A program made the position numbers and the translations under genes. From NCBI GenBank assembly GCA_963663385.2, contig CAXXXD010000003.1:736001-800000 (forward strand): 64,000 nucleotides of DNA. The letters run 5' to 3'. Source of the DNA: Oceanispirochaeta sp. (GTDB taxonomy: Bacteria > Spirochaetota > Spirochaetia > DSM-2461). Under the pieces are notes generated by a model, which worked only from the letters and a program-made list of their open reading frames with translations, ran no database searches and was not told the origin of the DNA. Within the stretch, counting starts at the first letter, position 1. Every line of letters starts with the position of its first letter. Positions 48,598 through 59,397 of the stretch are shown one piece after another.

Positions 48598-49587
48598 ATG
48601 ACAAAACTGGATCAATTGGTTGATCTGCTGAAAAAGGCCCCGGATGAAGTGTTCATTCAACCCCATAATGTTCCGGATCCCGATGCCATCGCCAGTTCCT
48701 TCGGCCTGCAGCATCTGCTGAAAGTGCGGGGGATCGAAACTGTTATTATTTATGAAAATGAGGTGGAGAAGGCCAACTCCCTTAAAATGCTTGAGCTTTT
48801 CGGGATCGAAATAGTGCCGGCAGCAGAGGTGGTGACTCTGGGAGAGGAGGACTGGACGGTTCTGGTGGATGTACAGAAGTTCAATTCCAATGTGACAGAC
48901 CTGGTAACTGATGAAGTGGCCTGTATCGACCATCATGAATTGAACGGAAAGGACGGGGGGTGCGGGTTTACCGATATCAGACCCGAAGCCGGTGCCTGCT
49001 CCAGTATCATTACAGAGTACTTTATTGAAAATGGAATTGAGATTCCCCGCAATGTGGCTACGGCACTCCTGTACGGGATCTTTATGGATACAGATGACCT
49101 TTCCCGCGGGGTCTCCGAGCTTGATATCAATATGTTCTATCACCTTTACCGCCTGTCGGATATCTCCCGGATTACCCAGCTGAAGGGGAATCAGATCAGC
49201 CAGAATGACCTGGCAGACTATGCCCGGGCGTTTCAGACCGTGGAAGTCTATGATGAGATAGGTTTTCTCTATCTGGATAACTGCAATGACTCCCTTCTGG
49301 GGGCCGCCGGGGATATTGTCCTTTCCATAGCGGGGGTCAACATAGTCGTTGCCTACTCTCCAAGGGCGGAAGGTATCAAATTCTCCCTGCGCAGTATTGA
49401 CGAGAATATCAGTGCGGAAGAACTGGTAAAGTATATCCTCAAGGGCAGAGGATTCGGGGGCGGGCACAAAACCATGGCCGGCGGATTCCTGCCCACTGGA
49501 AACCTTGAAGAAAACAGAAGCATCCATACCTATGTGAGGCATAAGGTTTTATCCCGCCTGGATCAGCGAGAGCAGCCCGATCAATGA
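48598..49587 (+). CDS. DHH/DHHA1 phosphoesterase
   Basis: HNVPDPDA, IDHH, GGGHKTMAGG. Confidence 0.92.
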   Translation: MTKLDQLVDLLKKAPDEVFIQPHNVPDPDAIASSFGLQHLLKVRGIETVIIYENEVEKANSLKMLELFGIEIVPAAEVVTLGEEDWTVLVDVQKFNSNVTDLVTDEVACIDHHELNGKDGGCGFTDIRPEAGACSSIITEYFIENGIEIPRNVATALLYGIFMDTDDLSRGVSELDINMFYHLYRLSDISRITQLKGNQISQNDLADYARAFQTVEVYDEIGFLYLDNCNDSLLGAAGDIVLSIAGVNIVVAYSPRAEGIKFSLRSIDENISAEELVKYILKGRGFGGGHKTMAGGFLPTGNLEENRSIHTYVRHKVLSRLDQREQPDQ

Positions 49588-50285
49588 TAGATGGAAACAA
49601 CCCCCTCAATGGTTTTTTTAAGGGATAGCTGGAATGTTTCCAGGGCGGCTTCCCTGTCTCTGTTTCTAAGATGGGTGTACAGCTCTCTGGTATTCTCCAG
49701 TAAATCCTCCTTGCCGTGCAGGGAAAAATACCTCTCCCACATGCCTGCGGACAGTTCCCTGAAGGAATAAAAAACAACCGGGAGCAGGGAGTTTTCCGAC
49801 AGGATGCACAATTCATGATGAAAGCGGAATATGCACTCCGCCGATTCGGAAGCTCCCCGGGCAGCAGTGAAATTATTCAGAAGGATTTTCAGCTGATCCA
49901 TCCTCTCTTCCGTAAGCAGGGGCGTGGCCAGATCGATGGCCAGGTTTTCCATGACCATACGGATTTCCAGCAGGGATTTCATCTCTGAATTTGTCAGAAT
50001 TCCCCCTTTGTATTTCAGTATGGCATTGAGCGTTTCTATGGTTCCCTTTCTGTGAAAGTCTGCCACAAAGGCTCCAATCCGGGGTTGTATCTCTATAAAG
50101 CCGATCCTGGCCAGTTCCGCAAGGCCCGAGTTGACAACGGTACGGCTGACGGACATTCTTTCTGACAGCTCCCTCTCGGGAGGAAGCTTGTCTCCCACGC
50201 TGAGTTTACCCGAAAGGATCATATTCTCTATCTCTCTGACAAAGAGATCCTTCAGAGAGGGGGAGGACAGTTTTGAAAATTCCAT
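49581..50285 (-). CDS. GntR/FadR-family regulator
   Basis: GDKLPPERELS..MSVSR HTH; FCD domain FHH. Confidence 0.92.
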   Translation of the reverse strand: MEFSKLSSPSLKDLFVREIENMILSGKLSVGDKLPPERELSERMSVSRTVVNSGLAELARIGFIEIQPRIGAFVADFHRKGTIETLNAILKYKGGILTNSEMKSLLEIRMVMENLAIDLATPLLTEERMDQLKILLNNFTAARGASESAECIFRFHHELCILSENSLLPVVFYSFRELSAGMWERYFSLHGKEDLLENTRELYTHLRNRDREAALETFQLSLKKTIEGVVSIYH

Positions 50286-50300
50286 ATCTTGAACTCCTTT

Positions 50301-50436
50301 TATCTGGTCAGACCAGATACCACGAACCTTATTTTAATGATTAAAATAATAGAAATCAATATATAACAAGTAAATAATATACATTAGATAAAAAATTATT
50401 GACATTTTATTCCTGTAAACATAGACTGGTCCAGTC
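50301..50436. promoter_or_regulatory. Two FadR-type operator palindromes in a divergent promoter region
   Basis: TATCTGGTCAGACCAGATA at 50301-50319 and GACTGGTCCAGTC at 50424-50436. Confidence 0.65.
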
Positions 50437-50470
50437 AATTTTATAAACAGATTCTTCTGGAGGCTTATTA

Positions 50471-51472
50471 ATGTTTACTTTTAATACGGCAGCCGGAGCC
50501 ACGCCGCTCTCCATCTGGGGAATGTGGGTTCTTGTTCTTGCCGCACTCTTTCTTTTCAATGAACTGTCCAGGCGCTGGAAAACAGCAGGTTTTATCTCTT
50601 TCGTTGTTCTGCCCCTGGTATTGACTGTATTGTGGTTTACTGTTTTCAGGAACACAACCTATACGGACTGGTTCCATCTGGTTAAAGTGTACTCTGCAAC
50701 AGCCGGGTGTATCGGCTTCTGGCTGATCAGGCACCTGAAGGGAAAAAATCAAACTACCGGACAGGAGTGGCATCTGGCCGATAAAAAGTGGGCCCTCTGT
50801 TTTCCTCCCCTGATTCTGGCCATAAATATAATGGAAGCCTGTGTGCGGGATTTCCAGATCGGTCTGAATTATACCGGAGGCGGAATTACCGCCGATGAAG
50901 GTGTGTATGTGCTGGGCGGGATCTGGAATCATATGAACGGGATGGCAGGAATCCTCAATATTATTGCCATCACCGGCTGGTTCGGTATTGTTATCAGAAA
51001 GAAAACCGCCGGAGACAAGAGTCAGGATATGCTCTGGCCCGATATGCTCTGGTTCTGGATTCTCGCTTACGATCTGTGGAACTTCGTGTACACCTACAAC
51101 TGCCTGCCTCACCATGCCTGGTACTGCGGGCTTGCCCTGCTGCTGGCGCCGACTCTCTGTGCCTTTACAATCGGAAAAGGAGCCTGGCTGCAGCACAGGG
51201 CCCATACCCTGGCCATCTGGTGTATGTTTGCCCAGACTTTTCCTTCCTTTCAGGACGACAGCCTGTTTTCTGTTACATCCACTTTCAATCCGTCCATCTA
51301 TAGGACGCTGGGGGTGCTTTCTCTGGCTGCCAATACGGCCCTGGTGGTTTATATGCTTACTAAAATGATACAAACCGGAAGGAACCCCTATACAGGTGAG
51401 TTGTATACGGATCATCCCCAATCCAGGGAAGTTTTGTCATTGTCCGATAAGATCCGGAAAGAGAGCGCCTGA
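50471..51472 (+). CDS. Integral membrane protein (DUF5692-like)
   Basis: Multiple TM helices; WFHLVKVYS, YDLWNF.YTYNC, WLQHRAHTL. Confidence 0.7.
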   Translation: MFTFNTAAGATPLSIWGMWVLVLAALFLFNELSRRWKTAGFISFVVLPLVLTVLWFTVFRNTTYTDWFHLVKVYSATAGCIGFWLIRHLKGKNQTTGQEWHLADKKWALCFPPLILAINIMEACVRDFQIGLNYTGGGITADEGVYVLGGIWNHMNGMAGILNIIAITGWFGIVIRKKTAGDKSQDMLWPDMLWFWILAYDLWNFVYTYNCLPHHAWYCGLALLLAPTLCAFTIGKGAWLQHRAHTLAIWCMFAQTFPSFQDDSLFSVTSTFNPSIYRTLGVLSLAANTALVVYMLTKMIQTGRNPYTGELYTDHPQSREVLSLSDKIRKESA

Positions 51473-51591
51473 AATACGGCAATAGAGCCGTTTCGGATGG
51501 AACGGCTTATATGGAAGGATTGTTTAAAACACTTGATTGACTTCCGATCCTGCACCGCTTCATAATAGCCCATGGGATTTCTACAGGAGAG

Positions 51592-54500
51592 GTGAGCATG
51601 AAAGAGACCGAAACAGCCGGAAAAAAACAGATGGAATTGATTACGTCTCTGGTAAATCTGACTGCAGGAAACACTTCCTTTGAACAGACGATGAGAGATT
51701 TCATCGATCTTATTACGGACTATGGAAGGGGGGATGGAATTCAGTCTGTCCGCATCCTGCTGGATGAACAATCCTTTCAAAGCAGCTGCTTTAACGAAAC
51801 CCTGTCGGACAGCCTTCGTAAGGATACCCTTCTCCTTGATGTGCCGGACTGTAATACCGCCAGTCTGGAAATCCTTCATAAACCCCGTATCAGCGGCAAT
51901 GCTGCTCCGGCTGTTCTGGATGATACTGCTTTCTCCCGTCTTCTGGCGAACGTTCTGAGTGGCTATATCGCCCGCATCCGTCTGAAAAAACTGCATTATG
52001 ATAACAGGGAGCGTCTTAAGGAACTTAACAGCATAAACCTGACGAATTCCATTTTGAAAAGGAACGGAACCCTCCTGGATTCCCTTCAGGATATATGTTC
52101 TCTGCTGCCTGAAGCCTGGCAGTACCCCGCCGACACGGTGGCACGTATTATTTTTGACGGGAATGTATTTGAAAGCAGCGGATTTGCTGAGACCGAGTGG
52201 GAACTGAAACAGATGTTCGAAACCCCGGACGGGAAGAAAGGCCTGCTTGAGGTGTTCTATCTCAGGGAATTCCCGGAGGCGGATGAAGGTCCCTTTCTGA
52301 AGGAGGAACGTTCTCTGCTGGATATCCTGGCATCCATCATTTCCGGAACCTATACGAACAGATCTCTGCATGATCTGCTTATCCGCAATACGGAACGTCT
52401 GAAGGAACTGCGCTGCATCAATCAGACTTCGGAAATACTGAAGTCCTGTTCATCCTTTGAAGATATGCTGAAGCAGGTGTGTAAAATCCTGCCGGAAGCC
52501 TGGCAGTATCCGGAGCATACTGCTGTCCGGATCCGGTACAACGACCGGATTTTTCTCAGCAGGGATTTTGAAGAGACCCCATGGATGCAGAGTCAGACTT
52601 TTGAGGCTCCCCGTAATAAACAGGGGCTGATAGAGGTTTTCCTGCTGGATGAATTCCCCCCTGAGGATGAGGGACCTTTCCTTAAGGAAGAGAGAAACCT
52701 CCTGAATAACATTGCCGGCATGATCGGCGGTTCCGCCGGGTCGGATGTTCTGAAAAAACTGCTTTATGAGAATAATGAGCGTCTCAAGGAGCTGGGGGCC
52801 ATAAACAGAACATCCCGGCTGATTTCCGAGTGCCGCCCTGTTAACGAAACCCTCACTGAGGTGGCGGGTATCCTGAGTCAGTCCTGGCAGTATCCGGAGT
52901 ATACGGAAGTTAATATACATTTTGAGGGGGAGGATTATACCACTCCCGGGTTCCGGGAAACTATCTGGAACCAGAAACAGAACTTTATCACCATAGATAA
53001 TAAAAAAGGTTCCATTCAGGTGGTCTACCTGAAGGAATTCCCTCCCTGCGATGAAGGGCCGTTCCTGAGGGAGGAAAGGGACCTCCTGACGAATATCAGC
53101 AAACTGATAAGCGGGTATCTGAATAACACCAAAGGCCGGGACATATACAGGAGAAGTATCCATAAAAAGCAGGAGATCGAGAAACAGGAGGAGTATAAAA
53201 AATCTCTTGTCACCAACAAGGGGCCTCTTCAGCTGTTTTTTAATCAGCAGGTGCTGGATAAGTATATCTACCTGGATATGATGAAGTACAAGGTAAAGGA
53301 GATCCTTTTTGTATCAACCCTCTATGACGCTTTCATTCTGGGGAATGAAGACGGTTTTTTTGAGCGTTTTATGGGAGAAATATACCAGTACAGTCTTTTT
53401 TCCCTTCCCCGGATTACGGGAGTAACCACGGAAGAGGAAGCCCTTGATATGCTGGAAACCAAATCCTTTGATCTGGTTTTGATTATGGTCGGTCTGGATA
53501 CGGATATGCCCGAATCCCTGGGCAGGCGGGTCAAACAGAAAATTCCGTCCCTGCCGGTCTACCTTTTATTGAATCAGAAGAACCAGATCAGGCATTTTGA
53601 AGAGCTGGTGGCTTCCTCCCATTACCTGGATAATGTCTTTTTCTGGAATGGGGACTCTCAGATCATATTCTCTATTGTTAAATCCATTGAAGATAAAGCC
53701 AATGTCGCCAATGATACCCAGGTAGGGCTGGTGAGGGTTATCCTTCTGGTGGAGGATTCCGCTCTCTACTACTCCAAATACCTTCAGATCCTCTATGAAA
53801 TTGTCTTCGGTCAGGTTCAGCAGCTTCTGCCGGAGGTGGAGAAGAACGAGCTTGATAAAATATGCAAGATGCGTTCACGCCCTAAAATCCTTCTGGCCCG
53901 GAATTATGAAGATGCCATGCACCTGTTCAATAAATACAAGGATTATCTGCTCTGTGTTATATCGGATATCGAGTTCGAACATCAGGGGATGCCCGAAAAA
54001 GAAGCGGGTATAAACTTCATCAAATATGTAAAGTCTCATATGATGAAACTGCCTATCATTCTGCAGTCTTCTGATAATAAAAACCTCCGTCAGGCGGATG
54101 ATCTGGATGTCTTTTTTATAAACAAGAACTCGGAAACATTGATGAATGATCTGAAAAACTATCTGACTTCCTATCTCGGTTTCGGCGATTTTATTTTCCG
54201 GGACAGAAACGGGAATCAGATCGGTATAGCCAGGACGCTTAAGGAGTTCGAAAAGCAGCTTGAGATTATTCCGGATGAAACCTATTACCTTCATGCTATC
54301 GAGAATCAGTTCTCCATATGGCTTATGTCCCGGGGGGAGATCAAACTGGCCAAAACCATCAATCCCATGAAAGTCTCCACCCTGGAAAATGTTCCTAAAT
54401 TCAAGCAGGACGTTCTTGATACAATCAGAAACTATCAGGAGGAAAAAAAGCGGGGGAAGATCTTCCGTCTTGAAGAGACCCCTCTGGTAGATGAGAAAAA

Positions 54501-56187
54501 CATTGTAACCCTTGCAGAGGGTTCTCTTGGCGGGAAGGGGCGTGGTCTGGCGTTTATAAACACCCTGATTTACAACTTTGATTTTTCTGCTGTCTCCGGC
54601 CGGATCAATATCCGAACACCCAAAACAGTGATCATAGGAACAAATGAGTTTGATTCTTTTATACAGGAGAACCGCCTGTATGATCTGATAATGGGAAATG
54701 ATCAGGGATTCGACCGTATCAAGGAACATTTTCTGTCGGGTAAGCTGTCTCCGGGGCTGGAGAGGAAACTGGCTGCTTTTCTGGAACAGGTGGATAAGCC
54801 CCTTGCCATCCGCTCCTCAAGCCTTTCGGAAGATTCCTTTACCCAGCCCTTTGCAGGTGTATTCCACACCTATATCATACCCAACAGCCCCGATAAGCGG
54901 GATGTGGTGCTGAAAAAAATGAAGCAGGCTATCAAGCTGGTATTTGCTTCCATATTCTCATCAGAGGCAAAGGGTTATTTCAATGCCATACACCACCGGG
55001 TGGAAGATGAAAAAATGGCAGTTGTTCTGCAGGAGCTGGTGGGTAACAGGTATGGGGATTACTACTATCCCCATATCAGCGGAACAGCCTGTTCGTATAA
55101 CTATTACCCCGTTGCCCATATGGAACCGGAGGAGGGGTTTGCCATGGCTGCTCTCGGGCTGGGCACCTATGTGGTGGACGGGATGTCCTCATACAGGTTT
55201 TCTCCCAAATACCCTAAAACGGAGATGTATTCCCTTAAGGATATGATCAACAGCTCCCAGGTGAAATTCTATGCGGTAGACTGTACAAAAATCAATATGG
55301 ACTATGCCTCGGACGGCGAGCTGGCGTCTCTTGTTCTGCTTGATATAAGCGAGGCGGAAAAACATGGTTCCCTCAAACACTGCGCCTCCGTATACGATTA
55401 TCAGAATGATAGGATCCTGCCGGGATTATCGGTTCCGGGACCGCGCATTCTGAATTTTGCCAATATCCTTAAATATGACTATATTCCACTGGCGAAAACC
55501 CTGGAGATGCTTCTTGGAACAATCAAGGAGGCCCTGGGATCGCCTGTCGAGATCGAATTCGCTGTAGATTTGAACAGGGCCGAGAATGGGCTTCCCACTT
55601 TTTATCTGCTTCAGACCAAGCCTATGGTGGAAAACAGGGGGCGCATGCATTTCGAACTGGAACAGTTCAAGAGGGATGAGGCTCTGCTCTATACGGAAAC
55701 AAGCCTGGGGAACGGCTGTATCGATGATGTATATGACGTGATCTATGTGGACACGGAGAAATTTGACAAGATGAAAACTCTGGATATGGCCGGAGAGATT
55801 GAATACCTCAACAATCTTCTGATAAAGGAGAACCGCCGCTATATTCTGATAGGTCCGGGGCGTTGGGGGACAAGGGACCGGTTTCTGGGGATCCCCGTTA
55901 CCTGGGCCCAGATATCCCATGCCAGGATAATAGTGGAAATCAGTCTGGCCAACTTTCCACTGGATTCTTCTCTGGGATCTCATTTCTTTCATAATGTAAC
56001 CTCCATGAATATTGGTTATTTCTCCATCAATACGATTAAGGACGCGGAGTTTATCAATTGGGATCGGCTTCACAGGGAGGAGGCTGTTCACAGGACCAGG
56101 TACTTTCGCCATGTCCGTTTCAGGAATCCTCTGAAAATTCTGATGGACGGAAAGGAGAAAAAATCTATAATACTGGATAACAACTGA
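51592..56187 (+). CDS. Multidomain protein: three GAF-like repeats, receiver domains, PEP-synthase/PPDK nucleotide-binding domain, C-terminal His domain
   Basis: 128-aa repeats at 52009, 52393, 52777; LLVED...ISD receiver; GGKGRGLAF, AIRSSSLSED, FAG, VEIEFA, LLQTKP; SLGSHFFHN. Confidence 0.85.
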   Translation: MSMKETETAGKKQMELITSLVNLTAGNTSFEQTMRDFIDLITDYGRGDGIQSVRILLDEQSFQSSCFNETLSDSLRKDTLLLDVPDCNTASLEILHKPRISGNAAPAVLDDTAFSRLLANVLSGYIARIRLKKLHYDNRERLKELNSINLTNSILKRNGTLLDSLQDICSLLPEAWQYPADTVARIIFDGNVFESSGFAETEWELKQMFETPDGKKGLLEVFYLREFPEADEGPFLKEERSLLDILASIISGTYTNRSLHDLLIRNTERLKELRCINQTSEILKSCSSFEDMLKQVCKILPEAWQYPEHTAVRIRYNDRIFLSRDFEETPWMQSQTFEAPRNKQGLIEVFLLDEFPPEDEGPFLKEERNLLNNIAGMIGGSAGSDVLKKLLYENNERLKELGAINRTSRLISECRPVNETLTEVAGILSQSWQYPEYTEVNIHFEGEDYTTPGFRETIWNQKQNFITIDNKKGSIQVVYLKEFPPCDEGPFLREERDLLTNISKLISGYLNNTKGRDIYRRSIHKKQEIEKQEEYKKSLVTNKGPLQLFFNQQVLDKYIYLDMMKYKVKEILFVSTLYDAFILGNEDGFFERFMGEIYQYSLFSLPRITGVTTEEEALDMLETKSFDLVLIMVGLDTDMPESLGRRVKQKIPSLPVYLLLNQKNQIRHFEELVASSHYLDNVFFWNGDSQIIFSIVKSIEDKANVANDTQVGLVRVILLVEDSALYYSKYLQILYEIVFGQVQQLLPEVEKNELDKICKMRSRPKILLARNYEDAMHLFNKYKDYLLCVISDIEFEHQGMPEKEAGINFIKYVKSHMMKLPIILQSSDNKNLRQADDLDVFFINKNSETLMNDLKNYLTSYLGFGDFIFRDRNGNQIGIARTLKEFEKQLEIIPDETYYLHAIENQFSIWLMSRGEIKLAKTINPMKVSTLENVPKFKQDVLDTIRNYQEEKKRGKIFRLEETPLVDEKNIVTLAEGSLGGKGRGLAFINTLIYNFDFSAVSGRINIRTPKTVIIGTNEFDSFIQENRLYDLIMGNDQGFDRIKEHFLSGKLSPGLERKLAAFLEQVDKPLAIRSSSLSEDSFTQPFAGVFHTYIIPNSPDKRDVVLKKMKQAIKLVFASIFSSEAKGYFNAIHHRVEDEKMAVVLQELVGNRYGDYYYPHISGTACSYNYYPVAHMEPEEGFAMAALGLGTYVVDGMSSYRFSPKYPKTEMYSLKDMINSSQVKFYAVDCTKINMDYASDGELASLVLLDISEAEKHGSLKHCASVYDYQNDRILPGLSVPGPRILNFANILKYDYIPLAKTLEMLLGTIKEALGSPVEIEFAVDLNRAENGLPTFYLLQTKPMVENRGRMHFELEQFKRDEALLYTETSLGNGCIDDVYDVIYVDTEKFDKMKTLDMAGEIEYLNNLLIKENRRYILIGPGRWGTRDRFLGIPVTWAQISHARIIVEISLANFPLDSSLGSHFFHNVTSMNIGYFSINTIKDAEFINWDRLHREEAVHRTRYFRHVRFRNPLKILMDGKEKKSIILDNN

Positions 56188-56189
56188 TT

Positions 56190-56852
56190 ATGGATACAAT
56201 AAGCGTAGGGGTGTGCAGCAATCATAAGCTGCTTCTGGAGGGCGTCTGTCGGCTGATCGAAAGTACGGAGGGATTTACTATCCCCCTGAAAGAGACCGAT
56301 ATGGGAATGCTCCTGAAATCACCCGGACTGGAACAGGTTAATATACTCATACTGAATCCTCATGAAATAGATGCCAGGGTTCTCAATATGATAGTACAGC
56401 TGGGGGTTCTCTATCCCAAAACAGGAGTGCTTATCCTCTCCGGGACGGAAAATGAACGGATCATTCTGAAAACCATTAAAGCGGGAGCAAAGGGGTTCCT
56501 GGCCAGGGAAAGCGACCGGAATGATCTGCTGGAAGCTTTGTACACCCTGCGGAACGGACATGATTACTATAGCAAATCCATAACCAGCCTGCTTTTGAAA
56601 AAGTACCTGTCCGATCTGAAATCCGGAGACCCGGCTGATGAAAAGGATGAGATGAAACTGCTGAGCACCAGGGAACTGGAGGTCCTGACTCTCTGGGGAA
56701 ACAGTTATACCAATAACGAAATTTCAGAAAAACTGTTTATCAGCGTGCGTACCGTGGAATCCCATAAAAACCATATTATGCAGAAACTGAACCTGAAAAC
56801 AGCAGTGGATATGGTCAAGTTCGCCATAAAAAACAATATCATTGAAGTCTGA
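56190..56852 (+). CDS. NarL/LuxR-family regulator with atypical receiver domain
   Basis: LSTRELEVL...ISVRTVESHKNHIMQKL HTH; acidic receiver residues replaced. Confidence 0.9.
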   Translation: MDTISVGVCSNHKLLLEGVCRLIESTEGFTIPLKETDMGMLLKSPGLEQVNILILNPHEIDARVLNMIVQLGVLYPKTGVLILSGTENERIILKTIKAGAKGFLARESDRNDLLEALYTLRNGHDYYSKSITSLLLKKYLSDLKSGDPADEKDEMKLLSTRELEVLTLWGNSYTNNEISEKLFISVRTVESHKNHIMQKLNLKTAVDMVKFAIKNNIIEV

Positions 56853-56946
56853 AAGATAGGGGATATACGGAATCTTCTCCGTGTTTCACGTAAAAAACAG
56901 AAAACCTCTTTTTCCCGTGATATAAATGGGCTACTGATTAAAATAA

Positions 56947-58314
<1,368 letters not shown>

Positions 58315-58429
58315 TTCCCGAGAGGCTGTCTGCTTCAGCAGAGTCGGGTTTCGAAACCCGTCTCTGCCGGACCGATTCTGCTGGTCACGATTTGAAACTT
58401 TCACTAGAATGGTAATCCGAGGAGTTTTC

Positions 58430-59386
58430 ATGATCAGGATTATCTGGAAAGGATTCATTGCGGTTTCCATTATATTTCTGGCGGCAGCCTGTGCCAGTGT
58501 GGAGGAGCCTGTATATCCTCCCGAAGTAATCAGTGCGGAAACAGGTGTAACAGACCTCTCTTTTTCCGAGGTCACCCTTGAAAAGAGACTGGTGCTGTTT
58601 AATCCCAATGCTGTTCCTGTAGAGCTGACGTCCTGCGACTCCAGTCTGATCATTGGCGGATCCTCCTTTCTGAGAGAGGAATACAGGCCCCCTGTGCAAC
58701 TGGCGCCGAAGGAAACCCTGGAACTGACCATCCCTTTTATCCTGTCGTATAAAGACCTCTATAAAATTTCCGATTCCCTGAAAGAAAAGCATGCATCCGG
58801 TTACAGTATTGATACCCGGTTCCGGTATATTCAGCCCGCCGGTGAAGACGGGATTGAAGAAACATTTTCTGCTGCAGCAGAGGGCGTTGTCCCCCTTATA
58901 AAGAAACCCCTATACCATTTTCAGAGGCTCTATGTTAACAGTCTGGGGATGATGGGGGCTGATATAACAGTCTGGATGTACGCCCTGAATAACAACGATT
59001 TTGATATTACTCTGAAGGACTTTCAGGGTTGGCTGATTGTGAATAACGAAAACTGGTCCGGACTCGCCCTTAAAAAACCTGTTGTTCTGAAACCCGGCGA
59101 AATAAGCGAGAGTATTTTCCGCTTCCGCCTGGAATTTCTCTCCATGGGGAAAACCGTACGGGACCTTCTGTCGGGAGAACCTGAACTTTTCTATGATTTT
59201 GCCGGTGAATCCCTTCTTGAAACAAGTGTCGAGTTTCTGGAAGAGGAGACGCTGGGACTGGCCCTTAAAGGGGAGATCGAACTTGATAAACCGGACACCA
59301 CAACCAAAGGCGCACATAGTTCCGTTAAAATTGAAAATTCCATAGAAGAAAATCTGCTTCATATTTTCGGGCGCTATTCTCCCTGA
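58430..59386 (+). CDS. LEA-2/WHy-domain lipoprotein
   Basis: LAAAC lipobox; two NPN/NNN WHy-like repeats; GGAG RBS before 58430. Confidence 0.7.
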   Translation: MIRIIWKGFIAVSIIFLAAACASVEEPVYPPEVISAETGVTDLSFSEVTLEKRLVLFNPNAVPVELTSCDSSLIIGGSSFLREEYRPPVQLAPKETLELTIPFILSYKDLYKISDSLKEKHASGYSIDTRFRYIQPAGEDGIEETFSAAAEGVVPLIKKPLYHFQRLYVNSLGMMGADITVWMYALNNNDFDITLKDFQGWLIVNNENWSGLALKKPVVLKPGEISESIFRFRLEFLSMGKTVRDLLSGEPELFYDFAGESLLETSVEFLEEETLGLALKGEIELDKPDTTTKGAHSSVKIENSIEENLLHIFGRYSP

Positions 59387-59397
59387 TCAGTGCGGCC

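Noticed and set aside
58338..58367. Hairpin after gdhA as an intrinsic terminator
   Set aside because: Strong stem but no U tract; role uncertain
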